Positions 11,608-24,188 of a DNA stretch of 64,000 bases are shown piece by piece. The stretch spans positions 558,001-622,000 of the forward strand of contig JABVCE010000009.1 of NCBI GenBank assembly GCA_014905635.1, written 5' to 3'. A model generated the notes under the pieces. It saw only the letters and a program-made list of their open reading frames with translations, made no database searches and was not told the DNA's origin. Source of the stretch: Scenedesmus sp. PABB004. Taxonomy: Eukaryota. The number at the start of each line of letters is the position of its first letter. Positions within the stretch are counted from its first letter, which is position 1. Made by a program: the position numbers and the translations under genes.

Positions 11608-14600
11608 GCGGCCATCGCCGCGTAGTCGCGCGCGCCCGACGCGCACGCGCGCCCGCTCGCGCGCCGCTGCGCCGCGAGCGCCGCGAGCAGCGCGCCCTGC
11701 TGCGCGGCCGCCGCCGCCGCGGCGCGGCGCTTGGTGAGCATGTCATGGATGAGGTCCGGGTGGCAGCAGAGCTTCTTCAGCGCCGTGATGGCCACCAGCG
11801 GCGCGAGCGCGTCCTCCTTGGCCAGCGGCGCCGCCGCGCCTCCGGGCGGCCCGCCGCCGGCGGCCGCGCCGCCCTCGCCCTCACCAGCCCCGCCCTCGCC
11901 GCCGCCGGCGCCGCAGGCCGGCGCCGCGGCGCCTGCGTCGGGCTTGGCCTTGGCGCTCTTGCGCTTGCCGCCCTTGCCGCCGCCGCCGCCGTCGGCGTCC
12001 GGCGCGGTCGACGCGAGCAGCGCCTGCACGGGGCGGCTGGCAAGGAAGGCGTTGTACAGCCTGAGCTGCAGCGGCGACAGCTTGCAGAACACGACCTGCG
12101 CCGCGGCGCGGCGCGGCGCGGCAGCGTGCGGAGGCTTAGGGTTGAGCGACGCGCGGCAGCGCGCTGTGCTGGTGGGTGACGAGGGTTAACCAACGGAGCG
12201 CGGCGCGGCCGGGTCAAGAGTGGCTGGCGCGCGCCCGGGCCCAGCATGGGCGGGCGCCGCCGGGGAGGGCGGGGCGGGCCGCGGCGGGCGCACCTGCTCG
12301 ACCTTGGCGGGCAGCAGGCTCTTGAGCACGGTGCTCGTGCGGCGCAGCATGAACTTGTTGCACAGGCGCATGAGCTGGCCCATGCGCTCCAGGCCCAGCG
12401 CGACCTGCGGCGGCGGCGGCACGCGCGCGCGCGGCGGGCTCAGGCTCGGCCCTGTGCCCTCGCGGGCAGGGGGCGGGGCGCGGTTTGCCGGTCCTGAGCC
12501 CCGCGCGTGCGGCGCCGCGCCTGCTTCTCCGTCGCGTCTGCGTCGCGGCCGCGCTGGATGGGTCCCTCGTAGGCGCGGTTGAAGGCCTTGAGGTCGCCCA
12601 GCAGCCCCGGGCAGGCGAGGTCAAAGACGGCATGGAACTCGGACAGGTCTGCGGCGGCGCGGCGGGTACATGGTGACAGGGCGCGGGGCGACAGGGCGCG
12701 GCGGAGGGACGCGGGGCGACAGGGCGCGGTGGAGGGACGCGGGGCGACAGGGCGCGGTGGAGGGACGCGGCGCGGCAGGGCGCGGGGTGACAGGGGCGCG
12801 GCGGAGGGACGTGGGGTGACAGGGCGCGGGGTGACAGGGCTCGGGGCGACAGGGCGCGGGGTGAATGGGCGCGGCGCGGCAGGGCGCGGGGTGGCAGGGC
12901 GCGGCGCGGCAGGGCGCAGGGTGGCAGGGCGCGGCGCGGCAGGGCGCGGGGTGGCAGGGCGCGGCGCGGCAGGGCGCGGCGGGCGCGGCGGCGCACCGTT
13001 CTGGATGGGCGTGCCTACGGTGCGGCGTGCGCGCGTGAGAGGCGGCGTGCGGGGCGGGGCGGCGCCGCGCGAGCTCGAGCCGTGCAGCCCGCCCGCGCAC
13101 CCGACATGAGCAGGCGCCGCCGCGCCGACAGGCCCGACACCGCCTGCGTGAGCTGCGCCTCGCCGTTCTTGAGGAAGTGGGCCTGCGCCGCGGGCGGGCG
13201 GGCGGGCGGCGGGCGGGCGGGCGGGCGGGCGGGCGGGCGGGCGGGCGGGCGGGCGGGCGGGCGGCGGGCGGGCGGGCGGGCGGGCGGGCGGGCGGGCGCG
13301 GCGGGCGGGCGGGCGGGCGGGCGGGCGGGCGGCCAGCGCCGTGTGCGCGCGCCGGCCGCGGCGGCGGGCGCGCTGCACGCCGCGCCGCGGGCGCCGCGGG
13401 CGCCGCGGGGGCCGCCAGTCAATGGCGGCGGGCGCGCGCACCTCGTCGCACATGACCACGTCGATGTTGAGGCGGTACACCTCGGCCTTGTGCTGCCTGC
13501 GCGGCGCCGCGGCGGCGCAGCGCGGGGCGGCGCCTCGCAGGACGGACGCGCTGCGAGCGCGCGCGCGCTCGCAGGACGGACGCGCCCGTGCGCGCGCGTC
13601 AGGCTCGGCGGGCGGGCAGGCGCGGGGCGCCGCCTGCGCGGCGGCGCGCCTGAAGGTGGGGTAGCTGAGCACCAGCACCTTGGGCTTGCCGCCGTGCGCA
13701 AACGCGCGGAAGTCCTGTGGGCGGCGGCCGCGGCGGCGAGCCCGGGCTCGCGGCGCGGCGCCGCAGCCGCGCGCGCGCGCACGCGCACGGCACGCAAGCA
13801 GGGCAGCGCGCGGCCGCGCCTGGAACGCGCGCTTGACGGGCTCGGGGCGCGTGTCGTCCACCACCACGGGCACGACGCGGTCGCCGAGCCAGTGCCAGAG
13901 CTCCTTGCCCCAGTTCTGCGGCCGCGGCGGCGGCGCGCGGCACGGTCGCGTGTGGGTCGCCGCCGCCGGCGTGCGGCCGCCCCCTGGCATGCGCCCGCCC
14001 GCCTCCCCCACCGTCCTGCAGCCCGCGCGCGCCGCACCTGCACCAGCGACGAGGGGCAGAGGATGAGCGGCTTGCGGCAGGTCGGCCGCCCGTCGACGCC
14101 CTTGGTGAGCAGCTGGTGCAGCGAGGCGACGGTCTGGAAGGTCTTGCCCAGGCCCATGCCGTCGGCGAGCACCGCGCCAAACACGCCGCCCTGGCGCACG
14201 CCCGAGAGGCACTCAAACACAAACCTGCGCGCGTACGCAGCAGCAGCGGCAGCGGCGCGCACGCGGGCACGGCGCGGGCGCGGCAGCGGCGCGCGTGAGG
14301 GCGAGGGAGGGGGCCGCAGGCCAGCGGCGCCGCGGGCAGCCTCGGGCAGGCCGCCGGCGGCCGCGCGGCGCACTTGACGCCCTCGCGCTGGTGGGGGCGC
14401 AGCTTCTCCACCAGGAAGGCGTCCGCCACCACCTTGACGCGCTGGCTCCAGTCGATGCCAAACTCCAGCACCGGCTGCGCGGGCGCGGCCGGCTGCACCG
14501 GCTGCGCCGCCGCGTCGCCCGCGCCGCCTGCCTCACCGGCCGGCGCGAGCTGGCTGCCGCCCCCGTCGCCGCCCGCGTCGCCGCCCGCGCCGCCGCCCAC

Positions 14601-15418
14601 ACCCGCAGCGCCCGCGTCGGGCGGCGGGAGCGCGGGCGGCGCCGGGGGCGCGTCGGGCGCGCCCTGCGAGCCGGGCGGGGGCTTGGCGCCGTCGGGCGCG
14701 CCGTCCTGCAGGCTGCGCAGCGCGAGGCGGTGCTCCTCGGGGTCATACAGCACCAGCTCCAGCGCCGTGCCCTCGCTGCTGGCGTCGCCGCCCTCGCGCA
14801 CGTACACCTTGCGCTGGATCGCCGCGAGCAGGTCGCCTGCGGCGCCGGGCCGCGGCGGCGGCGGCGGCGCGGCGGCGCGGCTCGCGCGCGCGCGCGCGGC
14901 CGCCGTCCTGCAAGCGCCGCGCCGGCCGCGCAGCAGCGCCGGCCGCGCAGCAGCGCCGCGCGCGCACCAGTGATGCCGCGGTAGTTCTTGCGCATGCCCA
15001 GCGTGCCGCGCGGCGCCAGCGCTCCACCGCCGGGGATGGGGCACTGGCGGGGGCGCCGCGGCGCAGCGGCGGCGCGCGCGCGCGGGCGTCGGCGGCGGGC
15101 GCGGCGCGCACGCGCGCGCAGGGCGGCGGCGCAGCGCGGGCGGCCCACCTTGAACTGCTGCACCGGCACCAGCGCGCGCGGCGGCGCGGCCGCGCCGTCC
15201 GCCGACTGCTGCTCGCCCTTGGCGGTGCCGCTGCTGGGCGCGCTGTGCTGGCTCACGCCCAGGAAGCCGCCCAGCGAGACGCCCGTGCTGCAGCTGACCC
15301 CTCCAGAGAGCGCACAGCCGCCGGCCCAGGGCGGCGCCGCGTTCTCCTTGCCGGCGCCGGCGCCGCCGCCGTCCTCGACGCGGAGCCGCTTCGCGGACGG
15401 CGCCATCGAGCGCCGCAT
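8761..15418 (-). CDS. RAD54: RAD54-like SNF2-family DNA repair/recombination ATPase (~20 exons)
   Basis: N-terminus MRRSMAPS, then [119 protein letters not shown] and IYRLLTAGSIEEKVLQRQ. Confidence 0.95.
12670..12980. repeat. Intronic ~15-bp minisatellite (GACAGGGCGCGGGGT / GGCAGGGCGCGGCGC variants)
   Basis: Tandem array visible in RAD54 intron ~12649-12996. Confidence 0.85.
13190..13332. repeat. (GGGC)n microsatellite in a RAD54 intron
   Basis: Near-perfect GGGC run, ~140 bp. Confidence 0.95.
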
Positions 15419-15920
15419 GGTGCCCGGATCTGGCTCGCAGGCAGGACGCTCCTGCACGCACGGACTAGCCGCTCGGCGCTCCGCGGGGGGCGCTGGGCCG
15501 CTGCGCAGGGAGCTGGCGGCCGCGGCGCGCCGCCGGCGCCCGCTGCTGCTGTCGCGCCAGCGCGCGCGCTGGCTCGCCGCCCGCAGCGCCCGAGATGAGG
15601 CGCGCGGGGTTGGAGCGGCAGGGAGGTATTCGGGGCGGCCAGGCGGCGCGGGGCGGTGCGACAGCGGCCCGGGGCGCGCGCGTCTTTGCGTGCGCTGCGC
15701 CCTGGCGGGAGCGGCGGCGATTGCATGCACATGCGCGGACGGCAGGCGCATCGCTGGCGTGCCGGTCCCTCCGCTGCCCGCACACACCACGCCCTTCGCC
15801 GGGGACAGCTCGAGGAGAGGCCGCCGCGGGCGCCAGCTCGCCTTTGCGCCCCCGCCGCAGCCGGCACCGCTGGCGCCGTGGTGGCGCAGCCGCCGTCGGC
15901 GTGGCGTGCTGGGCGCGGCG

Positions 15921-17650
15921 ATGAGGGAGCATCAGGCGCTGCTGCTGGGCGGCGCCGCCGCGCTCGTTGCCAGCGCAGCAGCGGCGGCCCTCCTCGCGTC
16001 GCGCAGCGACTCCTGGTGGTCGTGGGCTGAGGCCGAAGCCGATGCGGGGCAGGCCGCTGCGGCGCTGCCCGAGCCGTCCGCTGCCGGCAGCAGCAGCGCC
16101 GCGCGCGGCGGCAGCGGCACCGTTGCGCGGGAGCCGCGGCCCCCGCCGGAGCCTGTGGAGCACAAGCAGTCGCCGGTGAAGCAGCACCCAGCGCCGCAGG
16201 AGACGGCGGTGCATGCGGCCGCGGGCGGCAGCACCGGTGACGCTTGCTTCGGTGAGCAGACGCCGCATCAGCTGGCGTCGTCGCAGCAGCAGCAGGAGCT
16301 GCCGCAAGCTCAGCAGCAGGAGGAGCAAGCTCAACAGCAGCAGGAGCTGCCGGAACAAGCTGACCAGCCGCAGCCGCAGCCGGAGCAGGCGCAGCCGGAG
16401 CAGGCGCAGCCGGAGGAGCCGCCAGAGCCGGAGCCAGCAGAGCCGCAGTCGCCGCCGCCGCCGGCGCCGGTCGCGGCGGAGAGCCCTCCCACCAGCCCGG
16501 CGGCGCGGGTGCTCGCACGGCCGCAGACGGTGCTGCTCGGCAGCAGCAGCAGCACGGCGGGCGCGGCCGCGCTGCAGCGCCTGCTGTCGGCGGCGAGCAG
16601 CGCCGGCGGCGCCGACGCGGGCGCCGCGCGCGAGTGGCCCAGCCCGCGCGGCCGCGGCGTCCCGCGCATCAACGCCGCCGTGGCGCTGCCCTCCCTCGAC
16701 GGCGCCGCGGTCGCGCGCAGCCTGGTGGTGCACTACGTCGGCGAGGTGCGGCGGGCGCCGCCCCGGGCGGGGCCGCGGCTGGCGCGCAGCGCGCGGCGCG
16801 GCGCCTCACCGGGTCCGCCGCCCCTGCGCCGCGCAGGGCGAGCCCTCGCTGCCCGCCGAGTGCGCGGCGCTCGTCCGGGCGCACTGCGCAAAGCTGGGCG
16901 CGGCGCACGAGGCCGCGACGACGGCGCTCGACATCTGCTGCGGCGTCGGCGGCGCGGCGTTTGAGCTCGCGCTGAGCTTCAGCCACGTGCTGGGCGTGGA
17001 CGGCGACAGCTCCGCGGTGCGCGCGGCCAAGGCGCTCAAGGAAACGGGAGAGTTCACGGTGCCTGACGGCAGCAGCGGAGGCGGCGGCGGCGGCGGCGAC
17101 GCCGGGCTGCAGGGCGGCGCCTCGCAGCCGCCCCACGTGGCGCGTGTGAGCAAGGCGATCGACCGCGACAAAGTGCGGTGAGTGGCCCGCGCCGCGTGCG
17201 CCGCCTGGCAGGTCCGCGGCGCAGCGACCGCCGCCGTCACGTCGCACACGCCAAACCCTCAATTAACCCGCGCCGCGCGCCCCGCCGCACCCCTCCCGCC
17301 TCTGCAGCTTCTGGCAGTTTCCGCTGCCCGACCTGCCGCCCAAACTGCAGCCGGTCGATGCCGTGCTGGTGGAGGCCGCCGACGGCCGGCTGGAGGGCGC
17401 GGGGCTGGAGCACGTGCTGGAGCAGGTGCCGTCGCTGCTCAACCCGGAGGGCGTGTGCGTTGTCGCGCTGCCCGCTGGCGGCGACGGCGGCGCGCGCATG
17501 GCCGCCGTGCGCGCGCTGCTGGAGGAGCGGGGCCTCGCGTTCGTCGAGCAGCGCACGCTGCACGTCCCGGCGGCGAGCGGCGGCGGCGGTGGCGAGGCGG
17601 GCGCGCTCGGGGGCGTGTGGCTGCAGCCGGCCATCGCGGGCGGCGGCTGA
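15921..17650 (+). CDS. Class I SAM-dependent methyltransferase-like protein with N-terminal hydrophobic anchor; catalytic domain resembles the OvoA C-terminal methyltransferase domain
   Basis: Hydrophobic start MREHQALLLGGAAALVASAAAAALLA, then a Q/E/P-rich linker. Domain reads SLVVHY..PAECAALV..ALDICCGVGGAAFELALSFSHVLGVD..IDRDKVR|FWQ..DAVLVE..LLNPEGVCVV. Two GT-AG introns; TGA ends at 17650. Confidence 0.7.
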
Positions 17651-18435
17651 CGTCGCCGGGGATTGTGTGCATGCCAGCAGTCCAGGTTGCACGTTGTCGT
17701 GCACGCGCGATCCTCCGCCTCGCACCAGATCCATCGTTTGCACCATCTGCACGCGCGCGCCGCAGCAGGCGGTGCCCATTCGTGGGTGCACCGCCGCCGC
17801 CCGGTGCCCTGCGCACCGCGCGCGCCAAGCTGCCTGCACAGCTGCACACGCCCGCGCGCGCCCTGCTCGCGCCGCCGCCGGGGCGGCCCCCGGGCGAGCT
17901 GAGCTGCAGCAGGCCCCGCCCTGGTGTCATGCATTGCGTCGTGCATTGCGTTGTCGCAGCAGCATACGGCAGACGAAAGTCGGTGCGCCGCCGCGCATGC
18001 GCTGGCCCAGGCGGGTCGCCGTCACCCCGCGTGCATCCGCGGGCCAAGGTGATGATGCAGAGACCAACCCACGTCCGAAGCGCGCCCCGCAGCAGCCCTC
18101 GCGCGCCCAGGATTCCACCCGCCCGCCGCCGCCCATGTGACCCGACAATCCGTCATAGCCGCCCAGACGCTCTAGTCAAGACGTGATGTGCGCGGCGCGC
18201 GGCCGCCGGCGGGCGGGAGCGCGCCCGCCGCCCGCCGCGGCCGCAGCCGCCGCCCACATGCGGCCCCCGTCACCGCCGTCGCGGCCCCACCGTCATCTGC
18301 TCTCTCGCGCCCCCCGTGGCGCGGCGGCGCGCCGTCACCCGCCCCTGCCGCCCCGCCGGCGCGGCCGCGCGGCCGCCGCCGGCGGGGGGCGCGTCGTCGT
18401 TTCGTTTGGTCTGTGTGCCCGGCTGCGCGGCCGCG

Positions 18436-21400
18436 TCACTTCTTGCTCTTGAAGATGCCCTTGAGGCTACTCTTCTTCTTGGCTGGCGCGCCGCCCGCGG
18501 GCTCGGGGCTGCCCGCCGGGGAGGCGAGGTCGCTGCCGTGGCTGGAGCCCGCGTAGCTGTCCTGCGCGCCGCTCGCGCTGCGGCTGCCCACGCTCACGCC
18601 CGCGCCCGTGCTCGCGCCCGCGCCCGTGCTCGCGGCCGCCGGCTCCGCCGCGTCGGCGGCGAGGTAGCCGTTGACGCCGGCCATGGAGTTGTTCGGCTTG
18701 AGCACCGGCTCGGTCGAGGTGGCGCCTGCGGCAGGCCAGGCGGCGCGCGGCGCAGCGCGCGGCGCGGCGAGGTCGGCGGTCGTCCGGCCGCGCGCGCGCC
18801 CGGCGCGCCCGCGGCGCGGCGCTGCGCACGGCGCGCGGCCGCGGCTCGCGCATGCTCGCACCCGCCGCACCCGTGCCCACGGCGGCGGCCTTGCTGAAGG
18901 GGTTCAGCGCCCGCGCCTTGCCCGCGAGCCCCGGCGCGCCGCCGTCGGCGCCGCCGGCGCTCGCGCCCGCGCCGCCGCCGGCGCCCTTGGCCTTGCCCAT
19001 GCCCAGGAAGCCGCCCTTCTTCGCCGCGTCGGCGGCGGCCGCCGCCGCGGCGTCGCGGTCCTGCACAAACTTGTCGATGCCGGCGCCGAACGACGAGTAG
19101 GCGCCTGCGCGGCGCGCGGGCGCGCGGGCGGGCGGGCGGGCGGAGGCGCAGGCGCGGCGGCGGCAGGGCGGGGCGGCGAGGCGGGGGCGCGCGCGGCGGC
19201 GCGTCAGCGAGGCGGGCCCGCGGGCGGGGGGACGATACGGGGTGGCAGGCGGGGCCGCGGCCGCGCGCAGAGCAGCGGGCCAACCCCGCCACGCACCGGT
19301 GATCATGTCGACGGTCGGCACCGACGCGGACGCCGCGCTGCCGACGACCTTGTACGCGCTCGCCCACGCCGCCTCAAGCACGCTGATCGCCTCCGCCATC
19401 GGCAGCGCCGCGAGCTTGCCCTGCGCCGCGGCGGCGGCGGCGGCGCGGGCGCGTCGGCGTGCGCGCGGGCAGCGGTGGCGCGCTCGCGCGCGCGGCACGC
19501 GCCACGCCCGCCGCCGCCGCCGCCCCGCCCAGCCACGCGCGTGCGGCCGCGCCTGCTCGTTGGTGCGCACGAGGCCCCAGCGCTGCAGGCGCGGCAGCGC
19601 GGCCTCCAGGTCGTAGTCGATGGGGTGGTCAAACTCCTTGGCCAGGAAGTCCTGCGGGCGCGGCGGCGTTCAAAGCACGTCGTCATTTCAACCGCACCGG
19701 ACGCCGGCGCGGCACGGCACGGCCTTCCGCAGGCGCGCGGCGGTGCGGACGCCCCGACGAGCGGCGCCGGCTGCGGCCCCGCCGCGCCGCTCGCGCGCAG
19801 CGGGGGCAGGGCTCCCGCCCGCCGCGCACCTCGCAGGCGTTGTCGAGGTCGTCGTGCAGCAGCGCGCGCGCCTTGATGACCAGCAGCATGTAGGCGAGCA
19901 GCATCTGCTTCGTCTGCTGGTCCGCCATCTCCTGCGGGGCGCGCGCGCGCGCCCACGCGCGCTCAGCGGCGGCCCGGCGCGCCTGCCTGCTGCGCGGCGC
20001 CGCCCGCCCACGCCGCAGCCCACGCCCACGCCCCGCCCCCGCGCGCTGCCGCCGTGTCACAAAGTTTCGAGCCCACGCGCCTCCATGATGACGCTGACGA
20101 CGCCCTCCTGGCTGTCCTGCATCTTGTCGTACAGCGCGCTCGTCATCTGCTGCTGCAGCGTCGTGCGCTGCGTCTGCGCGGTGTTGTAGACCGTGAAGCA
20201 GCGCGTGAGCACGAGGCTCGCCGCCGTCCACACGATGTTCATGTTGATGTCAGCCCCCGCCTGCGCGCGAGGGCAGCAGCGGCGAGAGCGAGGCGCGAGG
20301 GCGGCGGCGGCGGGCGCGAGGCGCGGCGGCGTCAGGCCCGGGGCCGCGCGCGCGGCGGCCGTGAGGCAGGCTCGCGAGCCCCCGCCCAGGCCGGCGGCGC
20401 GCGCCGCCGCGGGGCGCCAGGCCGGGCCAGGGCTCGGGCGCGGCGGCGGCCCCCCCAACAAACAGCCCCTAAACCCCGGCGCGCGTGCCGCGCCCCTAAA
20501 CCCTGCGCGCCTTGATCATGACCATGGCCCCCGTGACGAGCGCGGTGAGCAGCGTGACGGCCAGGTTGACCAGCTGGAAGGGCTTGATGCCGACGATCTT
20601 CTCGGGAAAGATCATCTCCACGTCGGCCATCGGCGTCTCGCCAAAGACCTGTCGCAGCGGGGCGGTTCAGGGGGGTGCGGGGGTCAAGGGAGCGGGCGCG
20701 GCGGGAGGGGGCGCGCGGCGGCGCGGCGCGCGCGGAGAGGGGGGCGGAGGAAGAGAGAGAGAGAGAGAGAGAGACGGGAGGCGGGCGAGGGTCGGCACGC
20801 AGTGACCCCCGCGTGCAGCTGCCCCGCGGCCCCCGTGAGCTGCCGTCATGTGCAGGCGGCGGGCGGCGCGCCTTGATGTTGATGTTGCGGTAGCACAGTA
20901 TGCCCTGCATGCGCTCCTCCTTGCTCTTGTTGGCCGCGTTGGCGGACGCCGTCGGCGGCTTGCGCGGCGGGAACGCGCGCCTGGGCGCGGCGGACGCGGG
21001 GCGCGTGTGGGCGGCGGACGCGGGGCGCGGGTGGGCGGTGCGGCGCGCCACTCAAGGGACCGCGACCCTGAACAAACTGAGCCCCAAACCCTGAACCTAA
21101 AAGCTTAAGACAACACGCACCTGTAGACGACGACCAGGTCCTTGAAGGTCGGCTCCTGCAGCTCCATCTTGACCGGGAACTTCTTCAGCAGCGTCACGAG
21201 CGTGGGGCACTGCCGCGCGAGCGTGTTGCGCTCGACCGACTGCGGCGCGCGGCGCGGCGCACGGCGCGGCTCTCAGCGGTGGCGGCGGCGGGGGCGGGGC
21301 CCGTGCCCGCGGCGCGCGCCGCCGCTCCGCGCGCGCGGCCAGCGCCGCCGCCGCCGCCGCGTCGTCACCCGCGCAAACTTGTGCTTGCTGCCGATCATGA

Positions 21401-23695
21401 CGCCGCCCTCAAACTCATACGTACCCAGCGCCGCGCCCTTGCTGATCACGTAGCCGCTGCCCGCACCCTCCGGCTCGATCGGCAGCGTGGGCCCCTGCGG
21501 CGCGGCGCGCGCGGCGCCGCGTCAGCGGCCGCGCCGCGGCTCCCTCCGCCCTCCGCCCTCGCCCCTCCTCCCTCCGTGCCCCACACCCACACACACACCC
21601 GCCCACACACCCACACCCGCCCACACCCACACCCACACCCACACCCACACCCACACCCACACCTCGGCGGGCGGCGCCTTCTTCTTGAAGACCCTGGCCA
21701 CCAGGTCTGCCAGCGGCTTCTTGACCTTGTCCAGCAGCCAGAAGACCGTGTAGTCCATGAGCAGGTCGAGCTTCTGGTCGATCAGGAGGCCGCTGAGCTT
21801 CTCGGTGCCGATGCCGCGGTGGAAGACGAGGATGCGGTCCTGGGGGTGCAGGTGCCACGCGGGGTTTAGGGATCCGGGGATTAGAGCCGGCGGGGTGTGG
21901 TGTGTGGGTGAGGGTGGGCGGGTAGGTGCGCCGCACGGCGCTGCGCGGCGAGGCGCTGCGGCGGCGGGCGGCCGGGACGGCGGCGGGCGCGGTGGCGGCG
22001 GCGCACCGCCATGACGTCGGGCAGCGCGGCGCGGATCGCGCGGCGCTCGGGCGAGGAGGCCCAGAAGTTGGCGAGCAGGTCCTTGTCCATGTACTCCCAG
22101 TTGACCTGGGAGTACAGGCGGCAGTGTGCGTGGGCAGCGGCACGTCGTGTGCAGAGACGCGGCGGGGCGCGCGTCGAGACTCGTCGCTCGCGGCACGCGG
22201 CGGGCCCGTCCCTGCCTCCCAGCGTGCACACCGAGCGCAGCCCGGCGCGCCGGCGCGGGGGCGGCGGCGCGCGCGCGGCCGCCCTCCGACCTCCCCCTCC
22301 GCCCTCCGCCCTCCTCGTCGCCGCGCTCCCGCTGGCCGCACCTCCATGGGCAGATTGAGATTGAAGTTCTCCTCGGTCGCCAGGTCCCACTCCTCCTTGG
22401 TCAGCAGGCTGTAGTGGCTCGCGCGCAGCACCTGCGGCGCGCGTGCGGCGCGCAGCGCCGGCGTCGGCGCGGGTGCGGGCGCGGGCGCGGGCCTCGCTGG
22501 CCGCCGGCGCACGCCACTGGCCGCCCACAATGACCGACGCCCCTGGCTCTGCTGTCCCTCGCCCGCCCGCGCGCCCGCGCCCTGCTCCCCTGCCCACTGC
22601 CGCCCTCCTCTGCTGTCCCGCCTGCCCGCCCGCCCGCGCGCGGCCCGCTGCTCTGCCTCCCTGCCGCCCTCCCGCTGCCCCTGCCTCCCGCTGCCCCCTG
22701 CCGCCCTCCCGCTGCCCCTGCCTCCCGCTGCCCCCTGCCGCCCTCCCGCTGCCCCTGCCTCCCGCTGCCCGCTGCCGCCCCCGCCGCGGGCGCGCCTCGT
22801 AGACGTCGGCGATGAACTCCGCCTCCTTGGCGTCCAGGTCGGGCGTCGTCGGCAGCGACTTGCTGCTGCGCTGCAGGTACACGCTGTTGCGCGCGCCGCT
22901 CGCAAACGGCAGGAAGTTCTTGCGCATGCTGCGCGGCGGCGGGCAAGGGTTTAGGCGCGCGCGGCGGCGGCGGTGCGCGAGCGGGGCGCGAGCGGGCGCG
23001 GGCCGGGCGCGGCCGCCGCGCTGTGTGTATGCAGCCGCGGCCAGCCACGCCGCGGCGCGCGCGTGCGCGTGCGCAGGGGCCGCCGCGCCGCTGCTGCTTG
23101 GGGTCGAAGAAGTCAAGGTGCTCACCGCTGCTTGAGGTCGAAGAAGTCAAAGTTGGCCACGCCCTCCATGAGCTTGCAGAGGTCGTCAAACGCGGCGCGG
23201 TCGTCCAGCTCCAGCCGGTTCTTGATCGCCTGCTTCAGCTCGTTGCTGTCCACGCTCACGTGCTTCTCTGCGCACGCGGAGAGCGGGAGCGGCGGCGCTC
23301 GGCGGGCCGGCGCTCGGGGCGCCGCTCGCAGCACACGCTCGGCGCGCGCTGGCGGGGCCCGCCGCGCGGTCGCCGCAGGCGCGCGCCCGGCGTGGCCGCT
23401 CTCCCAGGTGTGCCTGGCTGGCCTCCGGGCTGGCCCGCGCGACCGCAGCGGCGCCGCGAGCGCCGCTGCTGCCGCTGCTGCCGCTGCTGGCGGCGCCCGC
23501 GCCCGCGCCTGCGCCCCGGCCAGCGCGCCCCGGCCAACACGCCCGTCCGGCGCCAAACGCCACGGGCCGGCGCGGCGGGCCTCGGGCGGGCCGTGGCGCC
23601 CGGGCCAGCCCTGGCTGCAGCCCTCGCGCACCTGGGGGGCACACGAGCGAGTTCACCTTCTGCTTGGCCTTGCTGGCCGTCGCCGAGGACGCCAT
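18436..23695 (-). CDS. DUF3754 / TMEM143-like membrane protein (~15 exons)
   Basis: RILVFHRGIG, LQEPTFKDLVVVYR, IKVFGETPMADVEMIFPEK, LYDKMQDSQEGV, QQTKQMLLAY, DLDNACEDFL..IDYDLEAALPRLQRWGLV are typical DUF3754 motifs. Start MASSATASK at 23695. Confidence 0.85.
21590..21662. repeat. (CACACC)n microsatellite in an intron
   Basis: Visible directly. Confidence 0.9.
22655..22775. repeat. Intronic ~16-20 bp tandem repeat (CCTCCCGCTGCCCCTG-like)
   Basis: About 6 copies visible in a DUF3754 intron. Confidence 0.8.
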
Positions 23696-24188
23696 GGCGA
23701 CCGCGCTGCCTCCACGCGCCCCCTGCGCGCCGAGGCGGGGCAGCAGGGTGCGCGCGCCTCGCGGCGCCCGTGCCTCGGCGTCCGGCGCGGCGCGGCGCCT
23801 CGGCCACAGCGATCGGCGGCCTCCGGCGCCGGCGCGACGCGCAGTGCCGTGCCTGCAGGCACGGGCAGCAGTGATGCGACTTGGCCCCGCGAGTGCCCTG
23901 CGTGCGGGCGAGCAAGCCGGGCGCGTGGTGCAGGCCGACGACCGCGGGACTCTGGCGCCGTGCGTGGAACCCTTGGCGGGGCGCCGGAGCAGTGGCACCC
24001 GCAGTGCCCTGCTGCTGCTGCGCCCTGCATGTCACAAATTGGCCGGTGCGCCCGGCGCAGCAACCCGCATCGAACTCCACGCATCGACGCCGCCCCCACG
24101 ACTAGGCCAACCGGCCGCAGACCGGCCATGGCCGCCGCTGGGAACGCGGCGCGGCGCAGCAGCGCATGAACGGGCGCAAAAAGCGGTC

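Noticed and set aside
12670..12980. Repeat arrays as possible CRISPR (also 690-832, 22655-22775, 32800-32856)
   Set aside because: They are contiguous tandem units without unique spacers, lie in introns, and have no cas genes; the context is eukaryotic.
14140..14172. RAD54 motif I reads [10 protein letters not shown] rather than D(E/D)MGLGKT
   Set aside because: GKT, DEAH and the other motifs are intact, so there is no basis for calling it inactive.
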